A stretch of DNA of 64,000 bases, taken from positions 383,054 through 447,053 of the forward strand of contig OY969569.1 of NCBI GenBank assembly GCA_963701185.1. The letters run 5' to 3'. The stretch is from Candidatus Gottesmanbacteria bacterium (lineage in GTDB: Bacteria; Patescibacteriota; Microgenomatia; UBA10105; UBA927). The position numbers and the translations under genes are program-made. Shown here one piece after another: positions 36,054-46,643 of this stretch (position 1 is its first letter; each line of letters starts with the position of its first letter). The notes under the pieces are model-generated. The model was not told the DNA's origin and did no database searches. It saw nothing but the letters and a program-made list of their open reading frames with translations.

Positions 36054-37991
36054 ATGGAACTTACGCTTGAAAGCCCGGTCCGGTACGTGCCGCACATCGG
36101 GCCGGTGATGGCAACCAGACTTATTAATCTCGATATTTTTACCGTTCGGGATCTTCTGTACCACGTGCCTTTCCGCTACGACGATTTTTCCGTTGTTCTG
36201 CCGATTTCAGCCGTCCGGCCGGGGGAAACAGTCACCGTCAACGGGACGATCCAAACGATCAAAAATTTCTTTACCAAAACCGGCAAAAAAATACAGGAAG
36301 CAAAAGTGACGGACGCCTCCGGGACGCTGACCGTCATCTGGTTTAACCAGATGTATTTATTGAAAATTCTTCATCCCGGCGACGAACTTCACCTGTCCGG
36401 AAAAATCGACTGGTTCGGAAGTAGAATCGTCATGAGCAATCCTTCGTATGAGCAGGGGACGTCGCTCCATACTGGGCGGCTGGTTCCGGTCTATCCAGAA
36501 ACGGCAGGGGTGTCTTCCAAATGGCTCCGAAGCCGGATCGCTTTCCTTCTGGAAACTATTACTGTTGTCGATTTTCTTCCCGACGCCATCCTGAATGAAT
36601 ATCATTTGATGCCGCTTCCGGATGCTGTTTCCGCGGTCCATTTTCCCGACAATAAAGAGGATATCGAGCGCGGCCGGCACCGGATCGCATTTGATGAAGT
36701 CTTTCTATTACAACTTCGAGCGTATGAACAGAAACGCGTATGGAAGGAAACACAAAAAGCAAAAATCATTACTCCTGTCAACATTCCCACCATTCCTTTT
36801 ATGTTAACCCGTGATCAGAATCGCGCGATCGCGGAAATTCTTGGTGACCTCAAACAACCCATCCCGATGAACCGCATACTCGTCGGCGACGTGGGAAGCG
36901 GGAAAACCGTTGTCGCGGCAACTGCCATGTATGCCGCGTATAAAAGCAAACTGATGTCGCTTCTTATGGCCCCGACACAAATTTTGGCCGAGCAGCACTT
37001 TCAAACCATTTCGCAGCTGCTTTCGCCGTACGGTATTCGGGTTGGACTTGTGACCGGAAACACAAAAACCGAGGGCGATATTCTCGTGGGCACGCATGCG
37101 CTCCTCACACACCCATACAAAAATGTCGGCCTTGTTGTCATCGACGAACAGCACAGATTTGGGGTTGAACAAAGAGCTCAACTCGTAGGCAGCAAAAAAA
37201 TCACGCCGCATTTTCTTACGATGACGGCAACACCTATACCAAGAACAATCGCAAAGACTTTATTGGGAAATATGGACGTATCCGTTCTGAATGAAATGCC
37301 CAAAGGCCGCCGCACCGTTAAAACCTGGATTGTGCCGCCAACCAAACGGACAGCGGCGTACGATTGGATCAGGAAGCAGCCGGGCCAGGTTTTTATCATC
37401 TGTCCTCTGATTGAAGCATCCGATACACTCACGGAGGTGAAGGCCGTCAAAGAAGAATACGAAAAAATAAAAAAGATTTTTTCGGCTGTTGGCCTCCTGC
37501 ACGGAAGAATGGCCGCCGCGGAAAAAACACGGGTATTGGATAACTTCCGTAAGAAAAAAATCATGGTTCTTGTGGCAACTCCCGTCGTTGAAGTCGGCAT
37601 TGATATTCCCAATGCAACCATCATGGTTATCGAAGGAGCTGACCGGTTCGGGCTGGGACAGCTGCATCAACTCCGCGGCCGCGTGGGGCGGGGGGACCAG
37701 CAATCCTATTGTTTACTCTTTACCCAAACAGATGACGAAAAAACGCTTATCCGCCTCAAATCCCTCGAAACGATTCACAACGGACCGGATCTGGCCGACG
37801 TGGATTTGAAGCTACGGGGCCCGGGTGAAGTCTTCGGTACCCGGCAACACGGCATGCCGCACTTTAAGATTGCCTCCTTCACCGATATGGCGACCATGAA
37901 TGAAGCGCAGGAGGTACTTCATCATCTGCCACCTGCCCTCTTGAGGACGCTCGCCAAAACAGCTATAATAGACAATGTCAGTAAAGACTAA
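36054..37991 (+). CDS. recG: ATP-dependent DNA helicase RecG
   Basis: Wedge domain, Walker A GDVGSGKT, DEQHRFGV box, and the C-terminal TRG motif region. Confidence 0.9.
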   Translation: MELTLESPVRYVPHIGPVMATRLINLDIFTVRDLLYHVPFRYDDFSVVLPISAVRPGETVTVNGTIQTIKNFFTKTGKKIQEAKVTDASGTLTVIWFNQMYLLKILHPGDELHLSGKIDWFGSRIVMSNPSYEQGTSLHTGRLVPVYPETAGVSSKWLRSRIAFLLETITVVDFLPDAILNEYHLMPLPDAVSAVHFPDNKEDIERGRHRIAFDEVFLLQLRAYEQKRVWKETQKAKIITPVNIPTIPFMLTRDQNRAIAEILGDLKQPIPMNRILVGDVGSGKTVVAATAMYAAYKSKLMSLLMAPTQILAEQHFQTISQLLSPYGIRVGLVTGNTKTEGDILVGTHALLTHPYKNVGLVVIDEQHRFGVEQRAQLVGSKKITPHFLTMTATPIPRTIAKTLLGNMDVSVLNEMPKGRRTVKTWIVPPTKRTAAYDWIRKQPGQVFIICPLIEASDTLTEVKAVKEEYEKIKKIFSAVGLLHGRMAAAEKTRVLDNFRKKKIMVLVATPVVEVGIDIPNATIMVIEGADRFGLGQLHQLRGRVGRGDQQSYCLLFTQTDDEKTLIRLKSLETIHNGPDLADVDLKLRGPGEVFGTRQHGMPHFKIASFTDMATMNEAQEVLHHLPPALLRTLAKTAIIDNVSKD

Positions 37992-37994
37992 TAT

Positions 37995-38195
37995 ATGGCT
38001 CCATTACCCAAAAGACGGCATAGTACACGCCGCGGCGGCAAACGACAGGCCGCGATTAAACTCGGATTACCGAAAATTATGGTGTGTCCCAATTGCGGAA
38101 AACCCAGGCTCCCGCACCGGGCCTGCGGCACCTGCGGGTATTACGGCGGGAAAGAAGTGGTGAAACAAAGGATAGTAAAAGCAAAAAAAGCGTGA
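37995..38195 (+). CDS. rpmF: ribosomal protein L32
   Basis: CPNCG...CGTCGYY zinc ribbon. 66 aa. Confidence 0.8.
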   Translation: MAPLPKRRHSTRRGGKRQAAIKLGLPKIMVCPNCGKPRLPHRACGTCGYYGGKEVVKQRIVKAKKA

Positions 38196-38545
38196 AGACT
38201 TCCAACGACCCCAGACACCAACATAGGCGGCAGATGATGGACAGCCTGTTTGCGTTTAGCTTTGACAATAAGCAGGTCGCACCGGATATACAGCACATCC
38301 TGCCGGCATTGCCTGCTATTGATGAACGGATCGCGAGTGCGGCTCCGGAATGGCCTGTTGATAAAATCGCAAAAATAGATTTGGCGGTGTTGCGGCTTGC
38401 CGTATATGAGCTCACTGTTGAAAAAAAGGAACCTCCGAAAGTCATCATCGATGAGGCGATTGAACTTGCCAAAGAATACGGCAATGAAAATAGCTCAAAA
38501 TTCGTCAACGGCGTTTTAGGAAATATTTTAAAATCACTTTCATGA
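38192..38545 (+). CDS. nusB: transcription antitermination factor NusB
   Basis: DLAVLRLAVYEL and EAIELAKEYG helices. The GTG start at 38192 (overlapping the rpmF stop) is inferred and uncertain. Confidence 0.65.
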   Translation: MKTSNDPRHQHRRQMMDSLFAFSFDNKQVAPDIQHILPALPAIDERIASAAPEWPVDKIAKIDLAVLRLAVYELTVEKKEPPKVIIDEAIELAKEYGNENSSKFVNGVLGNILKSLS

Positions 38546-39228
38546 CATTTGAAGATTTACAAAAAAATATTCATGTTACGTTTAAAAATCCGGAGCTTTT
38601 GAAGCTCGCATTCATCCACCGCTCGTCCCTCAACGAGGCAAAGCATCTCCATACATCCAATGAACGTCTGGAATTTTTGGGTGACGCGGTCCTGTCGCTT
38701 TTAACGTCGCATTTTCTCTACAGCGCATATCCGGAATATCCGGAAGGAACACTCACCAATATCCGCTCCAGCCTGGTCAAAACCACGAGTTTGAGTGATA
38801 TTTCAAAATCGTTGGGACTGGGAGAACTCCTTTTCTTAAGCCACGGCGAAGAATCCTCAGGGGGACGAACCAACCAGTCGCTCCTTGCGGACGTATTTGA
38901 AGCGCTTTTGGGCGCGATCTATCTGGATCAGGGGATAGAAACTGCCGGAAAATTTTTGGAGAAATTCCTCTTTCCCACGGCTGAAGGCATTATCGCCACG
39001 AAATCGTATATCGATTATAAGAGTTTACTTCAGGAGCTTATCCAGGAGAACTCGCGGATCGCGCCGTCGTACCACGTCGTCAGAAGCGAAGGCCCTGACC
39101 ACGCACGGATGTTTTGGGTAGAGGCGAGAGCGGCTGAGCGAGTACTGGGAGCCGGATCCGGTAAATCAAAACAGGAAGCGGAGCAGAGGGCCGCCCTTGT
39201 CGCTCTTGAGAAGATGGGTAAAATCTGA
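38542..39228 (+). CDS. rnc: ribonuclease III
   Basis: Signature ERLEFLGDAVL plus a C-terminal dsRBD. Confidence 0.9.
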   Translation: MTFEDLQKNIHVTFKNPELLKLAFIHRSSLNEAKHLHTSNERLEFLGDAVLSLLTSHFLYSAYPEYPEGTLTNIRSSLVKTTSLSDISKSLGLGELLFLSHGEESSGGRTNQSLLADVFEALLGAIYLDQGIETAGKFLEKFLFPTAEGIIATKSYIDYKSLLQELIQENSRIAPSYHVVRSEGPDHARMFWVEARAAERVLGAGSGKSKQEAEQRAALVALEKMGKI

Positions 39229-39240
39229 TATCATGAGAGC

Positions 39241-39471
39241 ATGTTAAAAATCCGACTGACGCAAACAGGCACAACCAACCGCAAAAGCTACCGGGTGATT
39301 GCCATTGAGGAAGGCAAGCGCCGCGACGGGAAAGCAATCGAAAATCTGGGATATTTCAACCCGCTGGTGAAGCCGCCTCAGATTGTCATCGACCGGGAGC
39401 GTGTCGCGTATTGGGTATCCCACGGCGCCCAGGTAACGCCCGCAGTCGAAAAACTCCTCAAAGGGTCCTAA
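39241..39471 (+). CDS. rpsP: ribosomal protein S16
   Basis: MLKIRLTQTGTTNRKSYRVIA... Confidence 0.9.
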   Translation: MLKIRLTQTGTTNRKSYRVIAIEEGKRRDGKAIENLGYFNPLVKPPQIVIDRERVAYWVSHGAQVTPAVEKLLKGS

Positions 39472-39472
39472 C

Positions 39473-39703
39473 ATGAAAGATACGCTCTCATTCATCCTCA
39501 CCCGCATTGTTGACCACCCCGATGACATTGTTATCGATGAAGACGCGACAGAGGACAAAACAACACTGACAATTCACGCACATCAGGAAGATTACGGGAA
39601 AATTATCGGCAAAAGCGGCCGTATTATCCGATCTCTCCGGGATCTTATGAAGCTCATGGCGGCCAAACAGGGAATGTACGTCGACGTTGTACTGGCAGAA
39701 TGA
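39473..39703 (+). CDS. KH-domain RNA-binding protein (YlqC/UPF0109)
   Basis: IIGKSGRIIRSLRDL is a GxxG KH motif. Conserved position between rpsP and trmD. Confidence 0.75.
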   Translation: MKDTLSFILTRIVDHPDDIVIDEDATEDKTTLTIHAHQEDYGKIIGKSGRIIRSLRDLMKLMAAKQGMYVDVVLAE

Positions 39704-40359
39704 AACTATCTATTCTCACCCTCTTCCCCGATATGTTTTCCGGCCCGTTTAATCATTCTATCATCAAGCGGGCAATAGAGAATAAACTCTTGAATATTGA
39801 TTATATTAATATCCGCGACTTTGCTACGGATACATATAAATCCGTGGACGGGCACCCCTACGGCGGGGGAGTAGGGATGATTTTGCGGGTCGACATCGTT
39901 GACCGCGCCCTACGGAGTCTGCCGGAAGGCCGTAAAATTTTGCTTGACGCGGGCGGAACCCCATATACACAGTCAAAAGCGAAAGAATTATCAACAGTCG
40001 ATCATGTTATTCTTATCTGCGGGCACTACGAAGGGGTCGACGAACGCGTCCGAAGTCTTGTTGATGAAGAAATCACGATCGGCGATTATGTGTTAACCGG
40101 CGGGGAAATACCCGCCATGGTGCTGGCAGACAGTATTGTACGATTGATTCCCGGAGTACTGGCAAAGCCGGAAGCGACCGTCCACGAATCGTTTTCCGAA
40201 CCTCTCCTGGAATATCCCCAATATACGGAACCGCAGACATATAACGGATTATCCGTCCCGCAGGTTCTTACGAGCGGCAACCACCAAAAAATCGCCGACT
40301 GGCGCAAGACCGAAGCAGTAAAGCGTACAAAAACCCGCCGCCCGGATCTTATAGGCTAA
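39700..40359 (+). CDS. trmD: tRNA (guanine37-N1)-methyltransferase
   Basis: SPOUT fold motifs ICGHYEGVDERV and GDYVLTGGE. Confidence 0.9.
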   Translation: MKLSILTLFPDMFSGPFNHSIIKRAIENKLLNIDYINIRDFATDTYKSVDGHPYGGGVGMILRVDIVDRALRSLPEGRKILLDAGGTPYTQSKAKELSTVDHVILICGHYEGVDERVRSLVDEEITIGDYVLTGGEIPAMVLADSIVRLIPGVLAKPEATVHESFSEPLLEYPQYTEPQTYNGLSVPQVLTSGNHQKIADWRKTEAVKRTKTRRPDLIG

Positions 40360-41095
40360 ACGGGTCGGATTTGACAGCTCCGCCGGTCGGAGGCAATGTG
40401 AGCGACGGCGACTCCATAAGCTGCATCCGCGCCACCTTTGCGATGAGCTCGTCATCCGCACTTGTGAGCGCCGTCAGCGGCTGACTGACGGATCCAATCA
40501 TTGAGGGGAGCGGGGCATAGAATGTATCCATCCCCAGAGCCGCCGTTACCATGGTCGCCGACCCGCTACCGGTTTTCTGAAACGAAACATCCAGGGTCCG
40601 GATTCGAACGAGGCGCCGCACCGATATACTGGCAGCCAGAAACCCGCGTAGTTGGTCCAGCGTTCCGGAAATATTTATCGTAAACGGTACGATATTACCT
40701 CCCACCGCTTGTTCATCCGCAGTGACGCGTTTTGCCGACTCGGTCGCAAGCGACCCCAACTTGGCAATTGAAAAATTTCCTGCAGCAACTCCGGTTTTTG
40801 CACTTAATCCATCCAGAGTCCACAACAGTGTCGCAAGTGATTTATCGGAAGGGACGGCGGATAACAAGGTTTGCGCGCTGTTTCGTATCGAACCTTCATC
40901 AATGGACTCCAAAATCGACACTTTATTTTTCAATACATCAACCTCCCGGGATAAATTATTGAATTGCGTATTCATCGCAATTGTTTTCTGTAGAATCGGG
41001 ACGACGCCCAACACAATCCCCAATCCCGAGACAAGAAGGATTCCGATTGAAACAATCAGTTTCTGATACTCACGAAAAAGTTTCGATAGCTGCAT
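40349..41095 (-). CDS. pilO: type IV pilus assembly protein PilO-like
   Basis: Single N-terminal TM, coiled-coil, periplasmic domain. Operon position after pilN. Confidence 0.5.
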   Translation of the reverse strand: MQLSKLFREYQKLIVSIGILLVSGLGIVLGVVPILQKTIAMNTQFNNLSREVDVLKNKVSILESIDEGSIRNSAQTLLSAVPSDKSLATLLWTLDGLSAKTGVAAGNFSIAKLGSLATESAKRVTADEQAVGGNIVPFTINISGTLDQLRGFLAASISVRRLVRIRTLDVSFQKTGSGSATMVTAALGMDTFYAPLPSMIGSVSQPLTALTSADDELIAKVARMQLMESPSLTLPPTGGAVKSDPFSL

Positions 41096-41102
41096 ACATC
41101 AG

Positions 41103-41648
41103 TTAAAATACGGCAATAAAAGATAATCCGACATCAATGTCTCCGGTCGTTCCGAACTTTAAGGAAATAAGCTGAGGCGCGCGGATTTGTTTTGCTGTTG
41201 CCTGTTTAATCAGAACATCGGTGATGGAAATAACCTCATCGATGGACGCCGCGCGAATCGACAAAGTTACGTTATTCTTATCATCAACGGATACGTCGGA
41301 CATTTGACCGGGAGGAATAAATGACGTGAGCATGTCAAACACGCGGCCGACCGGCTGCTGGATACCCATAATTTTCGTTATCAGTGCAGTGCGCTGTTTA
41401 ATGGAAAACAGCAATCCCTCCTTCAACGCATTTTGCGTAATGATTTGCGAGAGCTCCTGACGTGCCGTTGCCAACCGGTCATACTGAATCTTCAGGTAAG
41501 AATACACCCCGCCGGCAAGGATACCGCTCACGATAAAAATCGCAAGAACCCATAGGCTGAGACGCCAAAAGAACACGGTCACGACTCCCGTTTGCGCAGA
41601 TGTTTCCGGTTTCGTTTGGATAAGATTAATTTTTCTGACGGCGTCCAT
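41103..41648 (-). CDS. pilN: type IV pilus assembly protein PilN
   Basis: INLIQTKPETS... TM then periplasmic domain. 181 aa. Confidence 0.6.
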   Translation of the reverse strand: MDAVRKINLIQTKPETSAQTGVVTVFFWRLSLWVLAIFIVSGILAGGVYSYLKIQYDRLATARQELSQIITQNALKEGLLFSIKQRTALITKIMGIQQPVGRVFDMLTSFIPPGQMSDVSVDDKNNVTLSIRAASIDEVISITDVLIKQATAKQIRAPQLISLKFGTTGDIDVGLSFIAVF

Positions 41649-41657
41649 ACTGTTTCC

Positions 41658-42680
41658 TTACGTGCGCAGCGCGAGTCCTACGGCAACACAAAAATTCGGC
41701 CCTTCCGCAGTCAGCACAGAAAATCGGGAGGGCCTACTAATCCCGACCCATGGATTTGCCAGTTGCACTTCGACACCCAGTGATTGGGCCAGATACACCA
41801 CCATGCCCGGCAGCCGTGCCGTTCCGCCGGACAATAACACCAGTTGCACACGGTCATCTTTATATTTCTCCTGATAAAATACCAGTGCCCGTTTCAATTC
41901 ATTTATGATCGTATCGGTAATCGGTTTGGCGGCGGCGGCTATTTTCCCTTCAAGTTTATCCTGCTGGACACCGTATGCCCGCTTATATTCTTCCGCTTGC
42001 GTTACATTAAAGTCCAGGCTCTGGGCGATGGAGCGGGTGATTGCATCTCCCCCCGAGGAAATTGAACGGGTGAACGTCAAAATTCCGTTTCTGACAATAG
42101 CAACATCTGTCGTTTGTGCTCCCAACGACACGATCATAACGCTGCGAATATTGGGTACCGATCGGGTAAGGACGCGTGTCGTGGCAATAACTTCAGTTTC
42201 TGCCGCAACCGGCGTTAATTCCGCAAGCTCCAAAATACTCAAATAATAGCCTACCAGCGCTTTCGGAGCCGCAACCAACAATGCTTCCATTTTATTTGTT
42301 CCTGTCTCTTTCGCATCGCGAAGAACGGTAAAATCCAAGTTTACCTGATCCAGAGGGAGGGGGATGTATTGTTCCGCTTCCCAACGGATTGCGGATGCGA
42401 GCTCCCTCTGAGAGAGCGCCGGCACTTCAATAACACGCGTAAAAACTTTCGACTCCGGAAGTGCAATACGCACGTCTTTTGATTTAACGCCCGTCTCTTT
42501 TACGAGGCGCTTAATAGCCTGGGCGACTGCCTCAGTATCAGCCTGGACGGAAGAGGCGAGCGCTTTGGGCGGGGTAGGAATACTGCCCGCGGCCATAAGT
42601 CCCGCGGAAGCTCCCTCAATCCCCAGCTCAATGAGCTTTATGGTGCGCGATCCAATATCAAGTCCGAGCGATACATTCAT
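41658..42680 (-). CDS. pilM: type IV pilus assembly ATPase-like protein PilM (actin fold)
   Basis: LGLDIGSRTIKLIEL phosphate-1 motif. ASKHA fold. Confidence 0.8.
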   Translation of the reverse strand: MNVSLGLDIGSRTIKLIELGIEGASAGLMAAGSIPTPPKALASSVQADTEAVAQAIKRLVKETGVKSKDVRIALPESKVFTRVIEVPALSQRELASAIRWEAEQYIPLPLDQVNLDFTVLRDAKETGTNKMEALLVAAPKALVGYYLSILELAELTPVAAETEVIATTRVLTRSVPNIRSVMIVSLGAQTTDVAIVRNGILTFTRSISSGGDAITRSIAQSLDFNVTQAEEYKRAYGVQQDKLEGKIAAAAKPITDTIINELKRALVFYQEKYKDDRVQLVLLSGGTARLPGMVVYLAQSLGVEVQLANPWVGISRPSRFSVLTAEGPNFCVAVGLALRT

Positions 42681-42694
42681 ATGGGCAGAACGTG

Positions 42695-43513
42695 TTATTG
42701 GGAAAACGATCCCTCACTATATACTGCATAATCAAAAAGAGATGCCGGGGCGCGATATTGCTTATAGGCAACTATTTTTCTGTTTACATCGCTTCCGGAC
42801 GTACCGGTAGATTCGATTCTGCTTCCCTGCTCCGGAAGAACCTGCGCGGGGGCGACAGCGATACGTGCTCCGCTATACACCGGCCGGATGCGAAGTGCGA
42901 TGAGCGTATCAGACGCAGGAGTGATTCCCAAATCAGAAAATGTCATCGTGGCGGAATATGCGGTATTTGTGGTGCAGCCGCCGGCCGCCGCCGCGGAAAA
43001 ATTATTTGACCGGGAATCCGGATCATATGCTGCTTTGGCTACCTGGTATGATCCGCCGAATTTACGGTAAAGAATGGAAACAGCGACAGCAGGATTCGGC
43101 GATTCGCTGCTCCAACATACGCCTATCGTATTTACCGTATATGTAGGCGTCTCTACGATGAGACCGGTCGATGGATCATGATTCACCAACCATACGGTTT
43201 CGGTGTCCTGTTTTAATGTTTTTTGAGGAAACTCGAACGGACTGGCGCTCCCGCCCACGGGGGTAACCGCCACGTTATATTTCACCCCTAACGCCGAATC
43301 GAGCGTATCTGCACTCGCAATACCTGATTTAAGACCTTCTTCGATTCCTGCTTCCGCCGCGGAAAATGCTCGGCTTGACTCTTCTACATTCCGGGTCACG
43401 GAAACATCGGTCGTTGACCTGGCAATAAGTGACAATCCCACGGTCGTTGCCACCATCAACACCAAAAGGGAAATAAGTGCTATTTGACCTGATTGTTTGT
43501 TCTTTCGAACCAT
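42695..43513 (-). CDS. PilX-like minor pilin / pilus assembly protein (PilX_N-type N-terminus)
   Basis: KQSGQIALISLLVLMVATTVGL hydrophobic N-terminus. 272 aa. Confidence 0.45.
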   Translation of the reverse strand: MVRKNKQSGQIALISLLVLMVATTVGLSLIARSTTDVSVTRNVEESSRAFSAAEAGIEEGLKSGIASADTLDSALGVKYNVAVTPVGGSASPFEFPQKTLKQDTETVWLVNHDPSTGLIVETPTYTVNTIGVCWSSESPNPAVAVSILYRKFGGSYQVAKAAYDPDSRSNNFSAAAAGGCTTNTAYSATMTFSDLGITPASDTLIALRIRPVYSGARIAVAPAQVLPEQGSRIESTGTSGSDVNRKIVAYKQYRAPASLFDYAVYSEGSFSQ

Positions 43514-43563
43514 GATATGTCTTTATTGTAATAACCGTCTATCCATTTAGCAAGCCTATTGCA

Positions 43564-44118
43564 TCAATTCCTCATGCGTACGGTGCTGTTAAATGCCGAT
43601 CTTCCGCTTTCATACGGGCTTGCCGACACTCCGATCTGTCCCAGGGTGAACGTCACGGCAACTTGGTTCTGAGTAGCGCCGGAAGCCGGCGGGCAGGAAA
43701 ACGAAAGCGAGCTGTCGGCACAGCTACTCCCCCCGGATGTGCTTAAGGTTATTGCTGCGCCGGTCAAATACACCACGGCACCCGCGGCGCTTTTCGATGC
43801 AATACGTGCCGCATTCCCGTCGGAAAAACACGTAAAAACCGTCACGTTATTATCCGGATTTCTAATTTTAGCTGACGGCGTGGATGTGGCACCGACGGTA
43901 CATGGTGTTTCGATGACGGAGGCGGCACGCACCATGCGGTCGATAATGTCCAATGCAAAATTGCCGTCCCGTTTAATATCCGTCAGGATTTCCGTTTTTT
44001 TGTTTACGTGGGTGGTCGTAAACAGCACCTGCGCCAGCAGTGTTGAGACAATCGCAAGAATCCCAACCGATATTAAAATTTCCATCAGTGTGAACCCTTT
44101 ATTTTTAGCAATCTTCAT
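43564..44118 (-). CDS. prepilin-type N-terminal cleavage/methylation domain protein (minor pilin)
   Basis: Start at Met 44118. KGFTLMEILISVGILAIV matches the G-F-T-L-x-E class III signal. Confidence 0.75.
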   Translation of the reverse strand: MKIAKNKGFTLMEILISVGILAIVSTLLAQVLFTTTHVNKKTEILTDIKRDGNFALDIIDRMVRAASVIETPCTVGATSTPSAKIRNPDNNVTVFTCFSDGNAARIASKSAAGAVVYLTGAAITLSTSGGSSCADSSLSFSCPPASGATQNQVAVTFTLGQIGVSASPYESGRSAFNSTVRMRN

Positions 44119-44123
44119 ACATC

Positions 44124-44561
44124 TCATTTCCATTGAGTCAAATATGTTATCAATTGGACTGCATTTAAGGGATTGGTTGTATCGCCCCACTTCACATCTG
44201 ATGTTACTTTCATCGTTGGAACGCCGGGGACCATGGTGGTTTGAAGTGTGACGGTTCGGGTAAATTTGTTGTCGATATTGGGCGCACAGGTTGCCTGTAC
44301 AAAAGCTCCGCCGGATCCGACACAATAGAGTGTGCCTCCCGAGCTTCCCATCGCCTCAAATGCACTCCACCCCGCATCCCGCAGCCCGCGTGCGAGTTCA
44401 ACACCGACTTGAGCATGAGAAAGGGCTTCGCTTCGAACCCGCAGCACCTCTGAACGGCTCAGCGACGCAGTCGTTCCGGCAACAATACCGGTGGCCAAAA
44501 GTACGATCACGCCGACGATGACGATCATTTCTACAAGTGTTTGACCTTGTTGTTTTACCAT
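44124..44561 (-). CDS. prepilin-type minor pilin
   Basis: QGQTLVEMIVIVGVIVLL. Confidence 0.7.
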   Translation of the reverse strand: MVKQQGQTLVEMIVIVGVIVLLATGIVAGTTASLSRSEVLRVRSEALSHAQVGVELARGLRDAGWSAFEAMGSSGGTLYCVGSGGAFVQATCAPNIDNKFTRTVTLQTTMVPGVPTMKVTSDVKWGDTTNPLNAVQLITYLTQWK

Positions 44562-44589
44562 AATGTACTCTATGGGGGGGCGTCAGTAC

Positions 44590-45045
44590 TTAATCCGATA
44601 CAATACCGGATGTAAATACGGACACCACCGATGTCGTTCCGAATCCCGTGAGCGTGATTGTCCGATCCGCCGATGCTCCGCGATTAAGCGCATAAAACGT
44701 AACAGATCCGGGGGTGGGGGAAAATAACACACCCGCCGGAAGCAAGTAAGATTCTGTATCTCCTACTTCGCCGGACTGGCAAAGCGCCCGTGCTGTATAA
44801 GATCCGGAATCCGGAAATTTCACAATATATCCGATGAGAGTATCACACCCGGCAGACTTATTACCGGACGCTGCCTTGGTCCTCACGGCCTGGAGATTGC
44901 GGACGAGCGTCGAAGCCGCCTGTTTGACAGTTTGGGAGCTATTAAATCCGTTATACCCAGCCATGAACAAACCGCTCAGAACAAGAAGGAGGGTAATACT
45001 TACGATGATCTCTATGAGGGTAAATCCGTGGGCTCGAAACTCCAT
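44590..45045 (-). CDS. prepilin-type minor pilin
   Basis: Start at Met 45045. AHGFTLIEIIVSITLLLVL. Confidence 0.7.
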   Translation of the reverse strand: MEFRAHGFTLIEIIVSITLLLVLSGLFMAGYNGFNSSQTVKQAASTLVRNLQAVRTKAASGNKSAGCDTLIGYIVKFPDSGSYTARALCQSGEVGDTESYLLPAGVLFSPTPGSVTFYALNRGASADRTITLTGFGTTSVVSVFTSGIVSD

Positions 45046-45047
45046 AG

Positions 45048-45479
45048 TTAGGGATTTTTTAAGCCGTAGTTGCATCCTGCGGGAAGCGTCACTCCTGTAC
45101 ACGTACCGCTTCCTGAAAGGTTCTCCAGACTGGCACAAATGCAATAATTATAATACGGAGCAGTCCCCAGCGGGGAATAATAATACGCACTGGTGCTTTT
45201 AGGATCCGCGGGAACTGACGGCATATATGTTGAAACAAGAGCGGACTCCAAATCCGTCAGCAATCTGAATCCGGTGGTTGATCCGGCGGGATAAAATCCA
45301 TTATCCGTACGGAACATTTCAAGCGCGCTTCGCACCTGCTCCAGATCACTTCTGCGTTTAGCGTCCCTGGAGCGTTTGTTAATGGACGCATAGGATGCAG
45401 CACCGACCACGGATAATACGGCAATGATCGTTGCCGCCACCAGTATTTCTATTAACGTAAACCCATTGTTTTTTTTCAT
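45048..45479 (-). CDS. type IV pilin (PilA-like major pilin candidate)
   Basis: Start at Met 45479. NGFTLIEILVAATIIAVL. C-terminal Cys pair. Confidence 0.75.
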   Translation of the reverse strand: MKKNNGFTLIEILVAATIIAVLSVVGAASYASINKRSRDAKRRSDLEQVRSALEMFRTDNGFYPAGSTTGFRLLTDLESALVSTYMPSVPADPKSTSAYYYSPLGTAPYYNYCICASLENLSGSGTCTGVTLPAGCNYGLKNP

Positions 45480-45481
45480 AG

Positions 45482-45892
45482 TTATTGCAGATTCCGCACG
45501 CAATCTATTCCAAGATATGGGCTTGCCGCTACAGCGCCATTACAATCAGTTTTACTGTTGGTTTCTCCTTCGAGATTCGCACAAAAACAGTACGTCGTGG
45601 CGGTACAGCTGGATTGGTACGGAATCGTCGTTGAGCCGCTTTTCGGATCTACAGGAATACCGCTTGGCAAGTACGTTGCCGATATCGTACACGTCCCCGG
45701 GTAACTCGCGCTATTATCCGCATAATATTGTTCCCACGCATTCTGCACGGCTTTCAAATCCCCATGCCTTCTGGCATCCCGGCTCTTTTTTTGTGCAGAT
45801 GAATAGGAAGCAATGCTTATTGATATGAGAATACCGATAATGGCAATCACGATGAGAAGTTCCATGAGGGTAAAACCCCGTTTATTTTTCAT
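45482..45892 (-). CDS. type IV pilin (PilA-like paralog)
   Basis: Start at Met 45892. RGFTLMELLIVIAIIGIL. C-terminal Cys pair (CTATTYCFC). Confidence 0.75.
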   Translation of the reverse strand: MKNKRGFTLMELLIVIAIIGILISISIASYSSAQKKSRDARRHGDLKAVQNAWEQYYADNSASYPGTCTISATYLPSGIPVDPKSGSTTIPYQSSCTATTYCFCANLEGETNSKTDCNGAVAASPYLGIDCVRNLQ

Positions 45893-46590
45893 AAAAATAA
45901 CCTCCATAGAGCGGTAAGTTGCGGCTGCCAGATCCAAGCCGCCACCGTTCCTATTACAAGAAACGGCCCGAAAGCAATTTTGCTTTTCCAGGTTTTTTTC
46001 CGGCTCATCATCAGTATGACACCCGCAAAAGACCCCGTCAAGAAGGCTATATAAAATGCAATCACGACCCCGGGAAATCCTAATACTAACCCCATAAGAA
46101 ATGCAAACTTGACATCTCCGAATCCCATTCCTTTGCCGCGGGTGATAGCCCATACAAGATATAAGAACGCGAAGCTTCCGACTGCGGAAACCACATGCAT
46201 GCCGTTCCACAGGGTGCCGATGATACCCAAGACAATCATGCTATCCGGTATGATCTGATATTTAAGGTCAGCGACAAAAATAACAAGCAAAGACATAAAA
46301 AGAATATAGAAAGCAATCCCATGTGGATACAACAGCACAAATCCGAGTGCGGTAACAAATTCAATCAACGGATATTGGACCGATAATTTTTTTCCGCATC
46401 GTCGGCACCGGCCCTTTTGAATAAGAAAAGAAACAATAGGAATAAGCTCATACCAACGCAGTGTCTTCTTGCAGAAATCGCACCGGGAACGCCCCCACAA
46501 TATGCTTTCTCCCTGCGGCAGTCGGTCAATTAATACATTGGCAAACGACCCGACCGCCAACCCCAGAATAAAAAGAAAAAGCGTCGTCAT
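45889..46590 (-). CDS. pilD: prepilin peptidase (A24 family)
   Basis: Start at Met 46590. N-terminal Cys-x-x-Cys pairs (CDFC...CRRC) and 8-TM A24 peptidase architecture. Confidence 0.8.
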   Translation of the reverse strand: MTTLFLFILGLAVGSFANVLIDRLPQGESILWGRSRCDFCKKTLRWYELIPIVSFLIQKGRCRRCGKKLSVQYPLIEFVTALGFVLLYPHGIAFYILFMSLLVIFVADLKYQIIPDSMIVLGIIGTLWNGMHVVSAVGSFAFLYLVWAITRGKGMGFGDVKFAFLMGLVLGFPGVVIAFYIAFLTGSFAGVILMMSRKKTWKSKIAFGPFLVIGTVAAWIWQPQLTALWRLFL

Positions 46591-46643
46591 ACTCCCAGTG
46601 TCTGATCTTACGCACCGCGTGTCAAGTATGGTACACTCGCTCC